Below, one piece after another: positions 63,301-64,000 of a stretch of DNA of 64,000 nt. This DNA comes from Scyliorhinus canicula (Eukaryota): assembly GCF_902713615.1 (NCBI RefSeq), contig NC_052156.1:152460804-152524803 (forward strand), in the 5' to 3' direction. Numbering within the stretch: position 1 is the first letter of the stretch; each line of letters starts with the position of its first letter. A model generated the notes under the pieces. The model was not told where the DNA came from. It worked only from the letters and a program-made list of their open reading frames with translations, and searched no databases. The position numbers and the translations under genes are program-made.

Positions 63301-64000
63301 CTCTTCTCCACAGGGCTGGTAAATTCTCAGTTGGTGGCAAGTGAGATTTCTCTGTATTGCCCGCTTCACAGATTAACAGCTGTTTGAGTTTGGTTGATGC
63401 CAATAATGAGATAGTGGATCAGAGATTTAGATTTGGATTCATTGTCATGTGTACTGAGGTACAGTGAAAAGTATTGTTCTGCATACAGTCCAGGCAGATC
63501 TTTCATAGAATTTACAGTGCAGAAGGAGGCCCTTTGGCCCATCGAGTCTGCACCAGCTCTTGGAAAGAGCACCCTACCCAAGGTCAACACCTCCACCCTA
63601 TCCCCATTACCCAGTAACCCCAGCCAACACTAAGGGCAATTTTGGACACTAAGGGCAATTTAGCATGGCCAATCCACCTAACCCGTACCTCTTTGGACTG
63701 TGGGAGGAAACCGGAGCACCCGGAGGAAACCCACGCACACACAGGGAGAACGTGCAGACTCCGCACAGACAGTGACCCAAGCCGGGAATCGAACCTAGGA
63801 CCCTGGAGCTGTGAAGGAATTGTGCTAACCACAATGCTACCGTGCTGCCCTTTCATTACTGTTTCATGCTGTTTCATACATGAAAAAAAACATAGGACAT
63901 ACGATAGATACACAATGTAAATACATGGACGCAGACATTGGGTGAAGCATAGCGTACAATGCTACAACAGAGAGCGCATCAGAAGTTGGTTTTAACCATT

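Overview
Repeat-rich vertebrate genomic DNA. The SINE/LINE repertoire (HE1/V-SINE-like, Deu-domain SINEs, CR1, Rex/Babar, L1/Tx1, Penelope) points to an elasmobranch (shark). Two host genes lie on the minus strand. (1) Seven coding exons of a carboxypeptidase A (M14A) gene at 16850->837, all with GT-AG junctions and an open spliced frame; the gene runs off the left edge. (2) A single-coding-exon alpha-1,2-fucosyltransferase (GT11, FUT1/FUT2-like) at 42510->41383. A decayed class I (epsilon-like) endogenous retrovirus occupies ~52.9-59.5 kb. It retains the 3' LTR, pol and env, but the 5' LTR and most of gag-pro are missing. The rest is nested transposons. The most interesting non-obvious signals are three minimal hammerhead ribozyme motifs (two in inverted Penelope copies that bracket the FUT exon), a perfect 28-bp hairpin and a six-unit stem-loop array in the ERV leader, a SINE whose TSD duplicates a CPA splice donor, and a candidate upstream exon that would give CPA an overlapping stop-start (TAATG) uORF. 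I see no clearly novel multi-gene system. Coordinates were counted by eye and family names come from motif recognition, not database searches.
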